A stretch of 50,647 bases of DNA from an uncultured Pseudomonadota bacterium (GTDB lineage: Bacteria > Pseudomonadota > Gammaproteobacteria > Steroidobacterales > Steroidobacteraceae): positions 1 through 50,647 of the forward strand of contig CAIVYV010000072.1 in NCBI GenBank assembly GCA_903910215.1, written 5' to 3'. How positions within the stretch are numbered: the first letter of the stretch is position 1; each line of letters starts with the position of its first letter. The notes beneath the pieces are model-generated. The model searched no databases, had not been told where the DNA came from, and saw only the letters and a program-made list of their open reading frames with translations. Positions 17,374-25,624 of this stretch are shown here, in pieces. Both the position numbers and the translations under genes were made by a program.

Positions 17374-18906
17374 TTAGGCGGTTGCGGCCAGCACTTCCAG
17401 CGAAACGCGTTCAGCTGATTCGAGCGCACCTTCCATGCCGCGACTGCCAATCGCAGTGTGCTCACCGCAGAAGAAGAGCCGTTGGTGCGGGGTAGCGATT
17501 GCGGCACGAAGTTCTCGCACTTGGCCAGGTTGAAAGATCGCCCAATCGCCGGCTGCGAAGGGGTCAGTCGTCCATGAGTGAACGGCTGCGACGCTGAGCA
17601 AGCCCTTTGAAGCGGGCCGCAATCGTTCAAACTCGGAGATGATGAGTTGCTTGCCCGCTTCGGTACCGAAACGGTCGACATACAGCCCGTTGAGCCCACG
17701 ACACCAGACGGTCAGGCTCGTGACCTCATCGTCGGTCTTGCCGAATTTTTGAGCAAGCACGAGCCCGAGTGGCCCATCGGTCCACATCGATGGTGACAAC
17801 CCGTCCATTTCCCAGAAGGGCTTCTTGGCGATGATGTGAAACTGCGTGATCGGAATATGACCGAGCGTTTGAATCGCCTTATTTTTGACTGGCTCGGGTA
17901 GCGGTGAGATCGCGACGTGACGCAGCGTCGAGAAAGGCATCGAACACACCACGGCCTTGGCGCGATAACGAGTACCGTCATTGCAGATCACTTCAGCACT
18001 TCGATCGTCGACGTTGATGGCGACGACACGCTTGTTCAAGAGTAGATCGCCTTTGAGCGCTTTGGCCATGGCGATCGGCAGATTTTGATTACCACCTTTG
18101 AAGGCGCCGATGAGTAGCCCGGGCGGGGCGCCAGCCGGCGGGGCACCTGCTGCGGCAGGGCCTGACGGTACGACGTTGGCAGCGCCGGTACGTGAAAATG
18201 CCGTGACAGCTCCGCGATTGACGTTCTGCCAGTTATCCGAGAACGCTTGCTGCAGCAACGACACGTCGTGCGCCGTCGTTCCATAGGCGATGTTGGTATC
18301 GAAGCCGAGGCGGATCATCGCATCGTCGGCACCGTGCGAGCTCAGAAACTCATGTACGGAAATATCGTATTGCGCATGTTTGGCGTCGTGCCAGTTCTCG
18401 AGATCTCGAAATGGCATGTGCTGTTTGAACATGGCGTCGGCCCAGCTCCAGGGCGCGAGTTTTTTCATCTCGCCGCTGAAGGGGTTGCGCGCGTGGGTGG
18501 CCCAATCTTTGATTTGTACGCGCTCACCACCTAAGAAGAGTTCCTGCCCCGCACGATTGGCAAACAGTCGCGGTGCAAGATTGACGATATCGATCTTGTG
18601 GCGAGCGGCTGCTGCGATACAGCGACCGTAGGCGTTTGCAATGGTATTGCCGCCCGCTTCCGGATGTCCGGGTATGTCGAACATCGTGAAGACTCTACCG
18701 CCCACCCGATTGCGCCCTTCTAAGGTGAGTGTTCGTAAGCCGCTTTCTTCAAGCGTTAGCGCGGCTTCGAGCCCGGAGAGACCCGCACCGATGACGATGA
18801 CGTCGAGTTCCCCGGAGCCGGTTGCGCTGTGGGCGATTGGTTGCAGACCGCTGACGGCAGCAGCGACAGCCGATGAGACGACGAATTGGCGACGATTCAG
18901 CTTCAT
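17374..18906 (-). CDS. Tat-exported FAD-dependent amine oxidase (flavin amine oxidase / L-amino-acid oxidase family)
   Basis: The twin-arginine signal reads 'MKLNRRQFVVSSAVAAAVSG'. The dinucleotide fold motif 'DVIVIGAGLSGLEAA...EGRNRVGGRV' and the C-terminal 'FFCGEHT' are present. Confidence 0.85.
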   Translation of the reverse strand: MKLNRRQFVVSSAVAAAVSGLQPIAHSATGSGELDVIVIGAGLSGLEAALTLEESGLRTLTLEGRNRVGGRVFTMFDIPGHPEAGGNTIANAYGRCIAAAARHKIDIVNLAPRLFANRAGQELFLGGERVQIKDWATHARNPFSGEMKKLAPWSWADAMFKQHMPFRDLENWHDAKHAQYDISVHEFLSSHGADDAMIRLGFDTNIAYGTTAHDVSLLQQAFSDNWQNVNRGAVTAFSRTGAANVVPSGPAAAGAPPAGAPPGLLIGAFKGGNQNLPIAMAKALKGDLLLNKRVVAINVDDRSAEVICNDGTRYRAKAVVCSMPFSTLRHVAISPLPEPVKNKAIQTLGHIPITQFHIIAKKPFWEMDGLSPSMWTDGPLGLVLAQKFGKTDDEVTSLTVWCRGLNGLYVDRFGTEAGKQLIISEFERLRPASKGLLSVAAVHSWTTDPFAAGDWAIFQPGQVRELRAAIATPHQRLFFCGEHTAIGSRGMEGALESAERVSLEVLAATA

Positions 18907-20018
18907 GGTGCGACCCCGGTATTCTCTGGCCTGACGTTATCGGGCAGGCGACAGGTCAACACTTTGGGCTCCGTGATCGAACCGATCAGCAGTTGTCCCC
19001 CGAAAGGTGTACCTACGCTGCCAGCCGAAACAGATTGTCCGAGGTCGAGGAACATGTCGCGGATTTCGACACGGTCGTCCACTAGCGGAGCATCCGGTCG
19101 GGTTCGATAACGAATGATGCGGGTTGGCGCGGGATGCTCGGAGTCTGCGAAATGACGAACGAGATCGAGCAATTTCGGATGGGCGGCGATCCAAAGCGCT
19201 CCTTCCGGGTCGACCTGCAGGTTATCCGGAGCCCCATCGATCACGAGATATTCCCGCAATCGCAAATCCCCGCTTGAGGTGTTTCGATCGAATATCGCGA
19301 CCCGGCGCCCGAACGTTTCGGCGACGTACAGCGTCAGCCCATCTGGGCTCATCGCCATACCGGAGGCGCTTTTGAGGTCACTGGCCACTATGCGCATCTG
19401 CTCACCATCGAAGTAGACGATGGTCGAGAAGCCTTCTCGAAACAGCAGTTCCCGCAGTCGAGTCAGTAGTCCGCCGGCGCCTTTATCGTTAGCCGCATAG
19501 AACTGGCGTGGACCCACCCCGACGATGGCATTGGGCGAAACCAGCAAATCGTTCAGGATGGTTTCGACCGGTTGAAAGAGTCCGTTTGAGCGCTGCTCCA
19601 AAATTTCGATCGCGTGTGTAGCTTCGGGCGGATGGGAGATAACAAACAGGCGTTGTGCGCCATCGCCCATACGGTAGAGCGACATCCCATGTGGCCGGAA
19701 GTTGGCTGGGAGCGAGAGTGCCGCGTTCGTCACTGGCATCGCGGTGTTGTTCAGATTCAGCTGCATGAGCTGACCTGTCACAGGCAGCCCCTCGACCAAG
19801 CCACGCCGGTCCAACACGGACAGATATGCGATACCGCGACTGCGATCGAGCTGAAGATCTTCCGCGCTACCCGGTAGTCCCACGTTGCGACAATATGTGG
19901 CCGTTAGCGGCGTCAGCTCACGGAACTGACCGCCAAAGCGCATGAAGTCGACGAAGAAGCCCGTCATCACCAGCAAGATGATCAAGGAGGGCCAGGCATA
20001 GCGTCCGAGTCGAGACAT
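18903..20018 (-). CDS. Paraoxonase/arylesterase-like six-bladed beta-propeller (SMP-30/strictosidine synthase superfamily) with an N-terminal membrane anchor
   Basis: The N-terminal TM segment is 'YAWPSLIILLVMTGFFV'. 'LPGSAEDLQL' resembles the PON 'TGSEDLEIL' motif. The stop overlaps the amine oxidase start (ATGA). Confidence 0.7.
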   Translation of the reverse strand: MSRLGRYAWPSLIILLVMTGFFVDFMRFGGQFRELTPLTATYCRNVGLPGSAEDLQLDRSRGIAYLSVLDRRGLVEGLPVTGQLMQLNLNNTAMPVTNAALSLPANFRPHGMSLYRMGDGAQRLFVISHPPEATHAIEILEQRSNGLFQPVETILNDLLVSPNAIVGVGPRQFYAANDKGAGGLLTRLRELLFREGFSTIVYFDGEQMRIVASDLKSASGMAMSPDGLTLYVAETFGRRVAIFDRNTSSGDLRLREYLVIDGAPDNLQVDPEGALWIAAHPKLLDLVRHFADSEHPAPTRIIRYRTRPDAPLVDDRVEIRDMFLDLGQSVSAGSVGTPFGGQLLIGSITEPKVLTCRLPDNVRPENTGVAP

Positions 20019-20028
20019 CCGTCAAAGT

Positions 20029-21237
20029 TTAGCGGATGTGGGTGGCTGCCCGCAGACCTTCGATCATAGAGGTGCGTAGCAGATAGGCTCGAGCGCGAGT
20101 TGGATCAGCCGCAGTATCACGCAGATCCTGTTGCCGCTCTGCTCGAATCGTCGGATTTTTCTCTTCGAGTAGTTTCTTGTTTGCGATAGTTTGCGCTTGC
20201 AAGACACTTTCGGCCACGCTGCGTCGACGTCGATCGTATACATCGAGACTAGAGGGATCCGCATCACCGCGGACGATTGCTGCGAGTCGTGGTGCAAGCT
20301 CATAGGCATCGTGCAAGCCGAAGTTCAGGCCCATGCCGCCCAAGGGGTTATTGACATGGGCAGCGTCACCCACGAGTACGGCCCGGTTGCGACGATAGGT
20401 TTTCGCGACTCGTTGATGCACCGCATAAAGATTGGTGTGCACGACCGCGCTACCGCGTGTCTCAGACGAGAGCGCCGCAAGACGATTTGCGGCATGCGTA
20501 TGATCGAGTAAATCGGCTTCGTTTTCCTCGGGATGCGTCGGAAAGACGCAGCGCCAAAGCCCCTGCGGTCGGTCGCCGGGTATTTTGAATGTGGCGACCC
20601 ACTCGATGGGATCCATCGTGTACGAGCTGAACGCATAGCCTTGTCTGGCAAAGTCGAAATCGGTAGTGATCACCAGAAATCGTTCGGCCCACGTGAAACC
20701 CTCGAAAGGGATGTCTTGCGACTTGCGGACGATACTACGTCCACCATCGGCGCCGACGAGCCAGCGACCGCGGATGATGCAGTCACCGTTCTCCTTGCGA
20801 GCCCGCACGGTCACGCCGGATTCGTCCTGGCTGATCGCTTCGACGTCGACGCCATGCAGCACTCGCGAATGCGGAGATTGCATCACGCGTCGCTGCATCA
20901 TCTCGACCAACTTGTGTTGTTCACACTGCAGCCGATAGGGATAACGAGTGTCTTCGCCGAGTACGGCCAAATCGAATTCGGCGATCAGTCCGGCTTGTCG
21001 ATCTCGTAATTGCCAGTGTCTCGCGATCAAACCACGTTGATGTAGTTCGGCCGTCACACCAGACTTTTCCAGCATTTCGAGTGTCGGCGGATGATAGGTG
21101 GCGGCCCGGGGATCGGCGTGGGGTTTGTCGCTACGCTCGAGTAGCACCACATCGATACCGTGATCGATCAAGAACAAGGCCGTCGCCATTCCGGCGGGCC
21201 CGCCGCCAACGATCACAACATCGGCGTCGATCGTCAT
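20029..21237 (-). CDS. FAD-dependent aromatic-ring monooxygenase (UbiH/PHBH class A family)
   Basis: 'DVVIVGGGPAGMATA', 'LVGADGGRSIVRK' and 'VLVGDAAHVNNPLGGMGLNFGLHDA' are present. The ATG at 21237 overlaps the upstream stop (TGATG). Confidence 0.85.
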   Translation of the reverse strand: MTIDADVVIVGGGPAGMATALFLIDHGIDVVLLERSDKPHADPRAATYHPPTLEMLEKSGVTAELHQRGLIARHWQLRDRQAGLIAEFDLAVLGEDTRYPYRLQCEQHKLVEMMQRRVMQSPHSRVLHGVDVEAISQDESGVTVRARKENGDCIIRGRWLVGADGGRSIVRKSQDIPFEGFTWAERFLVITTDFDFARQGYAFSSYTMDPIEWVATFKIPGDRPQGLWRCVFPTHPEENEADLLDHTHAANRLAALSSETRGSAVVHTNLYAVHQRVAKTYRRNRAVLVGDAAHVNNPLGGMGLNFGLHDAYELAPRLAAIVRGDADPSSLDVYDRRRRSVAESVLQAQTIANKKLLEEKNPTIRAERQQDLRDTAADPTRARAYLLRTSMIEGLRAATHIR

Positions 21238-21980
21238 CAGTATCGTTCCAACACCAAGCCGCAGCCGTGAACCGAATCTTCGATACCCGAGCGGCGCAGC
21301 GCATCCCAATAGGTGACAGCATTGATGGCGAGTACCGGCTTATCGAGCCACCGCTCTGCTTGGGCACAAAGTTCGATTGCAGCGAGGTTTGTTCCGACCT
21401 GCACGATCGCATCGATATCGTCACCGTCGAGTTGCTTGAGTGCGTCGATGATCTGGGTGGCCGTGGTGTGCGCGATTTGCACGGGCGAGGGGCACTTCAG
21501 ACCGATCAAGCGAGGAATGACGAAACCGGCTTCTTCAAAATAATGTCGAACCTGCTCGTCGCCCCGTGGTTGGTGAGGTGTCAGCACGGCGATACGCTTC
21601 GCGCCGAGCTTGGCGAGTGCCGCTACGGTTGCTGTCGAGCCCATCGAAACACCGATGCCGGCTCGGGCGGTCAGTTCTGCTTGCAGTTCATCTGCCGCTT
21701 TGACGCCACCCCAAAAGGCCTCTAGAGCGACGCCCATAATGACGTGGGTCGGCTGGCACGTGATGACTTGATCAATTGCACTGCGCATACCATCACGCAT
21801 GGCTTGCACGTGTTCCATGAAAGCCTGTTCGCTCGTTAGCGGCCGCTCGCGGATGCTGATGCGAGCGATATGATTGCTGACGCCGCGTGGACGCAGGAGT
21901 TCGGATTCGGGTTGGCAGCTCGTGTTGGTGGAAGGAACGACGATCGCAATGCGCCCACGCGGGCCAAGTTGATCGGTCAT
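21237..21980 (-). CDS. Asp/Glu/hydantoin racemase-fold protein (maleate isomerase / arylmalonate decarboxylase-like)
   Basis: 'RIAIVVPSTNTSCQPE', 'RIAVLTPHQ' and 'DAIVQVGTNLAAI' fit the fold. The usual second 'CTN' cysteine reads 'GTN' here. Confidence 0.7.
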   Translation of the reverse strand: MTDQLGPRGRIAIVVPSTNTSCQPESELLRPRGVSNHIARISIRERPLTSEQAFMEHVQAMRDGMRSAIDQVITCQPTHVIMGVALEAFWGGVKAADELQAELTARAGIGVSMGSTATVAALAKLGAKRIAVLTPHQPRGDEQVRHYFEEAGFVIPRLIGLKCPSPVQIAHTTATQIIDALKQLDGDDIDAIVQVGTNLAAIELCAQAERWLDKPVLAINAVTYWDALRRSGIEDSVHGCGLVLERY

Positions 21981-22765
21981 GGACTTTTGGTGCTCCCACC
22001 GTCGATGGTGATTGAAGTGCCGGTCAGATGCGCAGCACGCGGCGAGGCGAGATAGACAACATGCGTTGCGACTTCTTCGGCAGAGCCTAAGCGGCGCAGT
22101 GCCGTCTTTTCGAGGAAGCGCGTTTCGGCTGCTGCAACGTCGACACCTTCTCGGGTAGCCGCAGCCTGCATCAGGCGGTCCCAGCGCGGCGATCGCACGG
22201 GACCCGGGTTGACCGCATTGATCGAGACGCCATGTGGACCGAGTTCTTCGGCAAGACCGCGTACGATAGCCAGCAGCGCCGCATTGGCTGCAGCGCCCGG
22301 CAACATGCGCGGCTCCGGAAACTTCGCCGAGTTGCCAACCACCATTACGATACGACCGGCGCGACGCTCGATCATCGCAGGTGCCACGGTGCGCAACGCA
22401 CGAATAGCGCCGAAGAGCTTGATCTCGAGATTGCTCTTCCAGGTCACATCGTCCATTTCCCAGAAGATACCGCCCTGCGCGGCTCCCGCGGCAAATATGA
22501 ACACATCAATGCCGCCCAGTGCCTTGATCGCAGCGCGTATGGCCTGATCAGTGGATGTTTCCGAATCGAGTTGACATTCGATCGCGATGGCACCGGGTGA
22601 GCCGCTGGCCTCAACGTCGGCTTTCAATGCTGCCAGAGAGTTGGAATTTCGACCAAGCAGGGCGATGTTGGCGCCTTCACGAGCGAGCTCGAGTGCAATG
22701 GTGGTTCCGAGGAGGCCAGTGGCGCCACACAACACCACTTTGCTGTCACGTAACTGCAGATCCAT
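21977..22765 (-). CDS. Short-chain dehydrogenase/reductase
   Basis: 'VLCGATGLLGTTIA' is the TGxxxGxG-like motif. 'NSAKFPEP' and 'NAVNPGPVRSP' are also present. The stop has an ATGA overlap with the downstream gene. Confidence 0.88.
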   Translation of the reverse strand: MDLQLRDSKVVLCGATGLLGTTIALELAREGANIALLGRNSNSLAALKADVEASGSPGAIAIECQLDSETSTDQAIRAAIKALGGIDVFIFAAGAAQGGIFWEMDDVTWKSNLEIKLFGAIRALRTVAPAMIERRAGRIVMVVGNSAKFPEPRMLPGAAANAALLAIVRGLAEELGPHGVSINAVNPGPVRSPRWDRLMQAAATREGVDVAAAETRFLEKTALRRLGSAEEVATHVVYLASPRAAHLTGTSITIDGGSTKSP

Positions 22766-22774
22766 CTTGTTCCT

Positions 22775-23788
22775 TCAGCGTCGACGGGCGAGCACGGCGC
22801 CTCGGCCCAAGGCGTGCAGCTTGCCGCGAGCGAGCTCCGCCGACAACGGGGCCATACCACAGTTGGTACAAGCGATCAGACGATCTGAGTCGACATGTTT
22901 GGCTGCAGCACGGATATTGGCAGCCACTTCCTCGGCGCTTTCGAGTTTACCGGGCAAGACTTCGACGGCCCCAACCAGAAGTGTCTTGTCAGGTAGCAGT
23001 CGCATCAGGTCGGGCGGCACACGTGAACCTGCGAACTCGAGCGATACCTGCTGGACGCCGCTCGCATTGATCCAGGGAAAGATGGTTTCGTATTGGCGCC
23101 ACGTATCACCGAGCGAGGACTTCCATTTCACATTGGCTTCGATGCCGTAGCCATAACAAATGTGGACGATGGTCGTTGCCCTCAGGCCCTGCATGGCGCG
23201 CTCTAGCGCGGCAATACCCCAGTCTCCCACCTCATCGAGAAATACGTTGAATGCCGGCTCGTCGAACTGGATGACATCTGCTCCGGCAGCCTCGAGTTCG
23301 TGCGCCTCTTCGTTGAGCATTTCGGCGAAACGTAATGCCATGTCGGCACGTCGCCCGTAGTGAGCATCGGCCAAGGTGTCACAGATCGTCATCGGACCGG
23401 GTAGTGTGACCTTCAAGGCGCGCGTGGTTTGGGAACGCATGAAAGCGGCATCGGCTACGTGGACGGCAGCGCGGCGTCTAAGCGGTGCCGTCACCGTTGG
23501 CACTTCTGCAATGTAACGATTGTTGCGGATCCCCATCGGCGTTTTCAGGTTCCAATCGATGCCCTCGAGTGTCTCGAGAAAGCCGTGCACGAAGTGGATT
23601 CGAAATTGTTCGCCATCGCCGACGATGTCGATGCCAGGACGTTCTTGTTCGCGCAGCCATTGCAGAGCGGCTCGTTGTTTACCGGCTTGCAATTGCGCGG
23701 CGTCGAGCCGCCATGCTGCCCAGAGTTTTTCGGGCTCAGCGAGCCAATCGGGTTTCGGCAGACTGCCGACGGTCGTGGTGAGAAACAT
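22775..23788 (-). CDS. Cobalamin-independent methionine synthase (MetE) C-terminal-domain-like Zn alkyltransferase
   Basis: 'TTVGSLPKPDWL' is present, along with the Zn-ligand contexts 'VHICYGY' (His-x-Cys) and 'IACTNCGMAP' (Cys). The single-domain size is about 337 aa. I chose the ATG at 23788; the track starts at the GTG at 23791. Confidence 0.78.
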   Translation of the reverse strand: MFLTTTVGSLPKPDWLAEPEKLWAAWRLDAAQLQAGKQRAALQWLREQERPGIDIVGDGEQFRIHFVHGFLETLEGIDWNLKTPMGIRNNRYIAEVPTVTAPLRRRAAVHVADAAFMRSQTTRALKVTLPGPMTICDTLADAHYGRRADMALRFAEMLNEEAHELEAAGADVIQFDEPAFNVFLDEVGDWGIAALERAMQGLRATTIVHICYGYGIEANVKWKSSLGDTWRQYETIFPWINASGVQQVSLEFAGSRVPPDLMRLLPDKTLLVGAVEVLPGKLESAEEVAANIRAAAKHVDSDRLIACTNCGMAPLSAELARGKLHALGRGAVLARRR

Positions 23789-23880
23789 CACCGCATGTTA
23801 GCGATGCCGTCGAATCATCCCTGACCGTGATGACGTAATTGCTCGCCAGGCGGATTGGATTTTTAGGTCCCAAAATGTCC

Positions 23881-23910
23881 ACGGCCGGGTGGTTCGCACC
23901 ACCCGGCCGT
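23881..23910 (-). terminator. Hairpin downstream of the fasciclin gene (probable terminator)
   Basis: A perfect 12-bp stem, ACGGCCGGGTGG-ttcgca-CCACCCGGCCGT, is followed on the minus strand by GGACATTTTGGG. A second palindrome, CGGGTCATccATGACCCG, lies at 23942-23959. Confidence 0.5.
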
Positions 23911-23972
23911 GTCGTCCATGGACGTTCAGCATCCCTGCTGTCGGGTCATCCATGACCCGAGCGTTGGTTTGC

Positions 23973-24461
23973 TCAGTTCGGCAGCAGCACGCTGTCGACT
24001 GCAACCACGACACCGTTGGCGGCGTTGTAGTCGCCCGTTACGCGGGCTCCGTCGACGCGCAGGCGACCGCGCACGAGCTCGACCTTAACGTCGTCGCCGC
24101 CCTCGGTCTTGGCGCTACGGGTGCGCTTGAGATCATCCGCCTCGAGCGCCTTGCCCGGCACCACGTGGCGGGTCAGGATCTTCACGAGCTGATCCTTGTT
24201 CTCAGGGCGCAGCAGTGACTCGAGCTGTTCCGGCGGCAGCTTCGCGAAGGCCTCGTCGGTCGGTGCGAAAATCGTGACCGGGCCCTGGGCGTTGAGCGCG
24301 TCTTGGAGGCCGGCGACCTCGATGGCCTTGGCGAGGGTGTTGAAGTTACCCTTTTGCTTGGCGACATCGAGAACCGTCGGGCTGCCGGCGTAAGCCGACG
24401 CGGCCGTTAAAAATGACAAACAGGCGGCAAAAGCGGCCTTGCGAGTGAATGAGCGAATCAT
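23973..24461 (-). CDS. Secreted fasciclin (FAS1) domain protein
   Basis: The signal peptide is 'MIRSFTRKAAFAACLSFLTAASAYA'. The FAS1 motifs 'TIFAPTDEAFAKLP' and 'ANGVVVAVDSVLLP' are present. GGAG precedes the ATG at 24461. Confidence 0.85.
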   Translation of the reverse strand: MIRSFTRKAAFAACLSFLTAASAYAGSPTVLDVAKQKGNFNTLAKAIEVAGLQDALNAQGPVTIFAPTDEAFAKLPPEQLESLLRPENKDQLVKILTRHVVPGKALEADDLKRTRSAKTEGGDDVKVELVRGRLRVDGARVTGDYNAANGVVVAVDSVLLPN

Positions 24462-24562
24462 GGCAGTACTCCGTTTAAGTGTTGGGGCGTACCGCGATCC
24501 TGCGTACGCGAATCTATTCGACAACGAGATAGTGACATCGGCTGGAAAGTTTGTCAAGATGT

Positions 24563-24583
24563 TGTACAGCTAATGGCTGTACA
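24563..24583. promoter_or_regulatory. Palindrome TGTACAGC-N5-GCTGTACA; candidate operator in the divergent promoter region
   Basis: Perfect 8-bp inverted arms lie 13 nt upstream of the regulator ATG at 24596. The palindrome sits inside the 134-bp region between the fasciclin gene and the MerR/B12 regulator gene. Confidence 0.45.
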
Positions 24584-24595
24584 CAACATGGACAA

Positions 24596-25537
24596 ATGAT
24601 GAACAAACCGGCAGCCATGGGATCTACAGGCCAATTCACCATCAAGGCGGTCGCGCAGGCGACAGGCTTAACGGTGGAGACCTTGCGGGCCTGGGAGCGC
24701 CGGTACGAGGTCGTTCGACCGTCCCGCGATGGTTCGGGTCGACGAACGTACTCGGCAGCGGACGTGGCCCGATTGCGTTTGCTACGCACCGCGACCGAGC
24801 TTGGACATACGATCAGCCGACTCGCGGCTCTCGATGAGGAGGAGCTCGCCAAGCTAGTTGCCGATTCGGGCGGTCAAGCCCGGCCTGGCCCCTCGCGCGG
24901 TCAGTCTTTCGTCGAGCGTGCACTCGATGCGGTCACCCATTCCGACCCGTCGGGCGTCGAAGAGGTGTTGACCTCGGCTGTCGCGTTGTTGCCGCCGAAC
25001 GAAGTAGTCAACACGGTGCTCGTGCCTCTGGTGCAAGAGGTTGGTGAGCGCTGGCACCGCGGTGAAGTGTCGATCGCCCAAGAGCATATGACGACGGATA
25101 TCGTCCGTCGGTTGATCATCTCGGTTTCGCGTGGATATCTGCGCTCCGATAACGGCCCGTGTCTGGTGTTGTCGACTTTGTCCGGCGAGCGACATGAACT
25201 CGGTATCTTGATGTGCAGTTGGCTCGCCGCGACGCGTCGTTTTCGTACGCACTATCTCGGTGTCGATTGCCCCGCCGAAGAGCTCGCTCGTTTCGCACTT
25301 GAAGTCGATGCATGCGCGGTACTCGTCTCTTTGGTGATGCCCGAAAACGAAGTGCCGGCATTGCAGCAGTTACGCAGACTCGCTGAGTTGCTAGTGGGCA
25401 AGTGCGAGGTGTGGGTCGGAGGTTTCGCTGCGCGTGCGCTGTCGCCGGAAGAAGTGCCGCCCGGCTGCTTGTTGTTGCCGAGCGCCAGCGCTTTCGAGCA
25501 ACGGCTCGATCTGCTTGCGGCGCAGTTCCATTCCTGA
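24596..25537 (+). CDS. MerR-family regulator with a B12-binding domain (CarH/LitR-type light-responsive repressor)
   Basis: The N-terminal MerR HTH reads 'FTIKAVAQATGLTVETLRAWERRY'. The W-x9-E-H motif is 'WHRGEVSIAQEH'. The B12 motif is 'ERHELG' (ExHxxG), followed by 'VSLV' and 'VGGFA'. Confidence 0.8.
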   Translation: MMNKPAAMGSTGQFTIKAVAQATGLTVETLRAWERRYEVVRPSRDGSGRRTYSAADVARLRLLRTATELGHTISRLAALDEEELAKLVADSGGQARPGPSRGQSFVERALDAVTHSDPSGVEEVLTSAVALLPPNEVVNTVLVPLVQEVGERWHRGEVSIAQEHMTTDIVRRLIISVSRGYLRSDNGPCLVLSTLSGERHELGILMCSWLAATRRFRTHYLGVDCPAEELARFALEVDACAVLVSLVMPENEVPALQQLRRLAELLVGKCEVWVGGFAARALSPEEVPPGCLLLPSASAFEQRLDLLAAQFHS

Positions 25538-25624
25538 TCGAGCGGCAACTCTGTTGCCATCTTTGCCAAACTTTTCGCGCTAACCTCTAGCCAAGATTCG
25601 GCGATTCGTCATAGCCTAAGCTAC

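Noticed and set aside
23792-23972. A possible cobalamin or SAM riboswitch upstream of the MetE-like gene
   Set aside because: The 181-nt region is largely taken up by the two hairpins that follow the fasciclin gene. I could not recognise a B12-box or SAM-I core by eye. A covariance-model scan (Rfam/Infernal) would be needed to exclude one formally.
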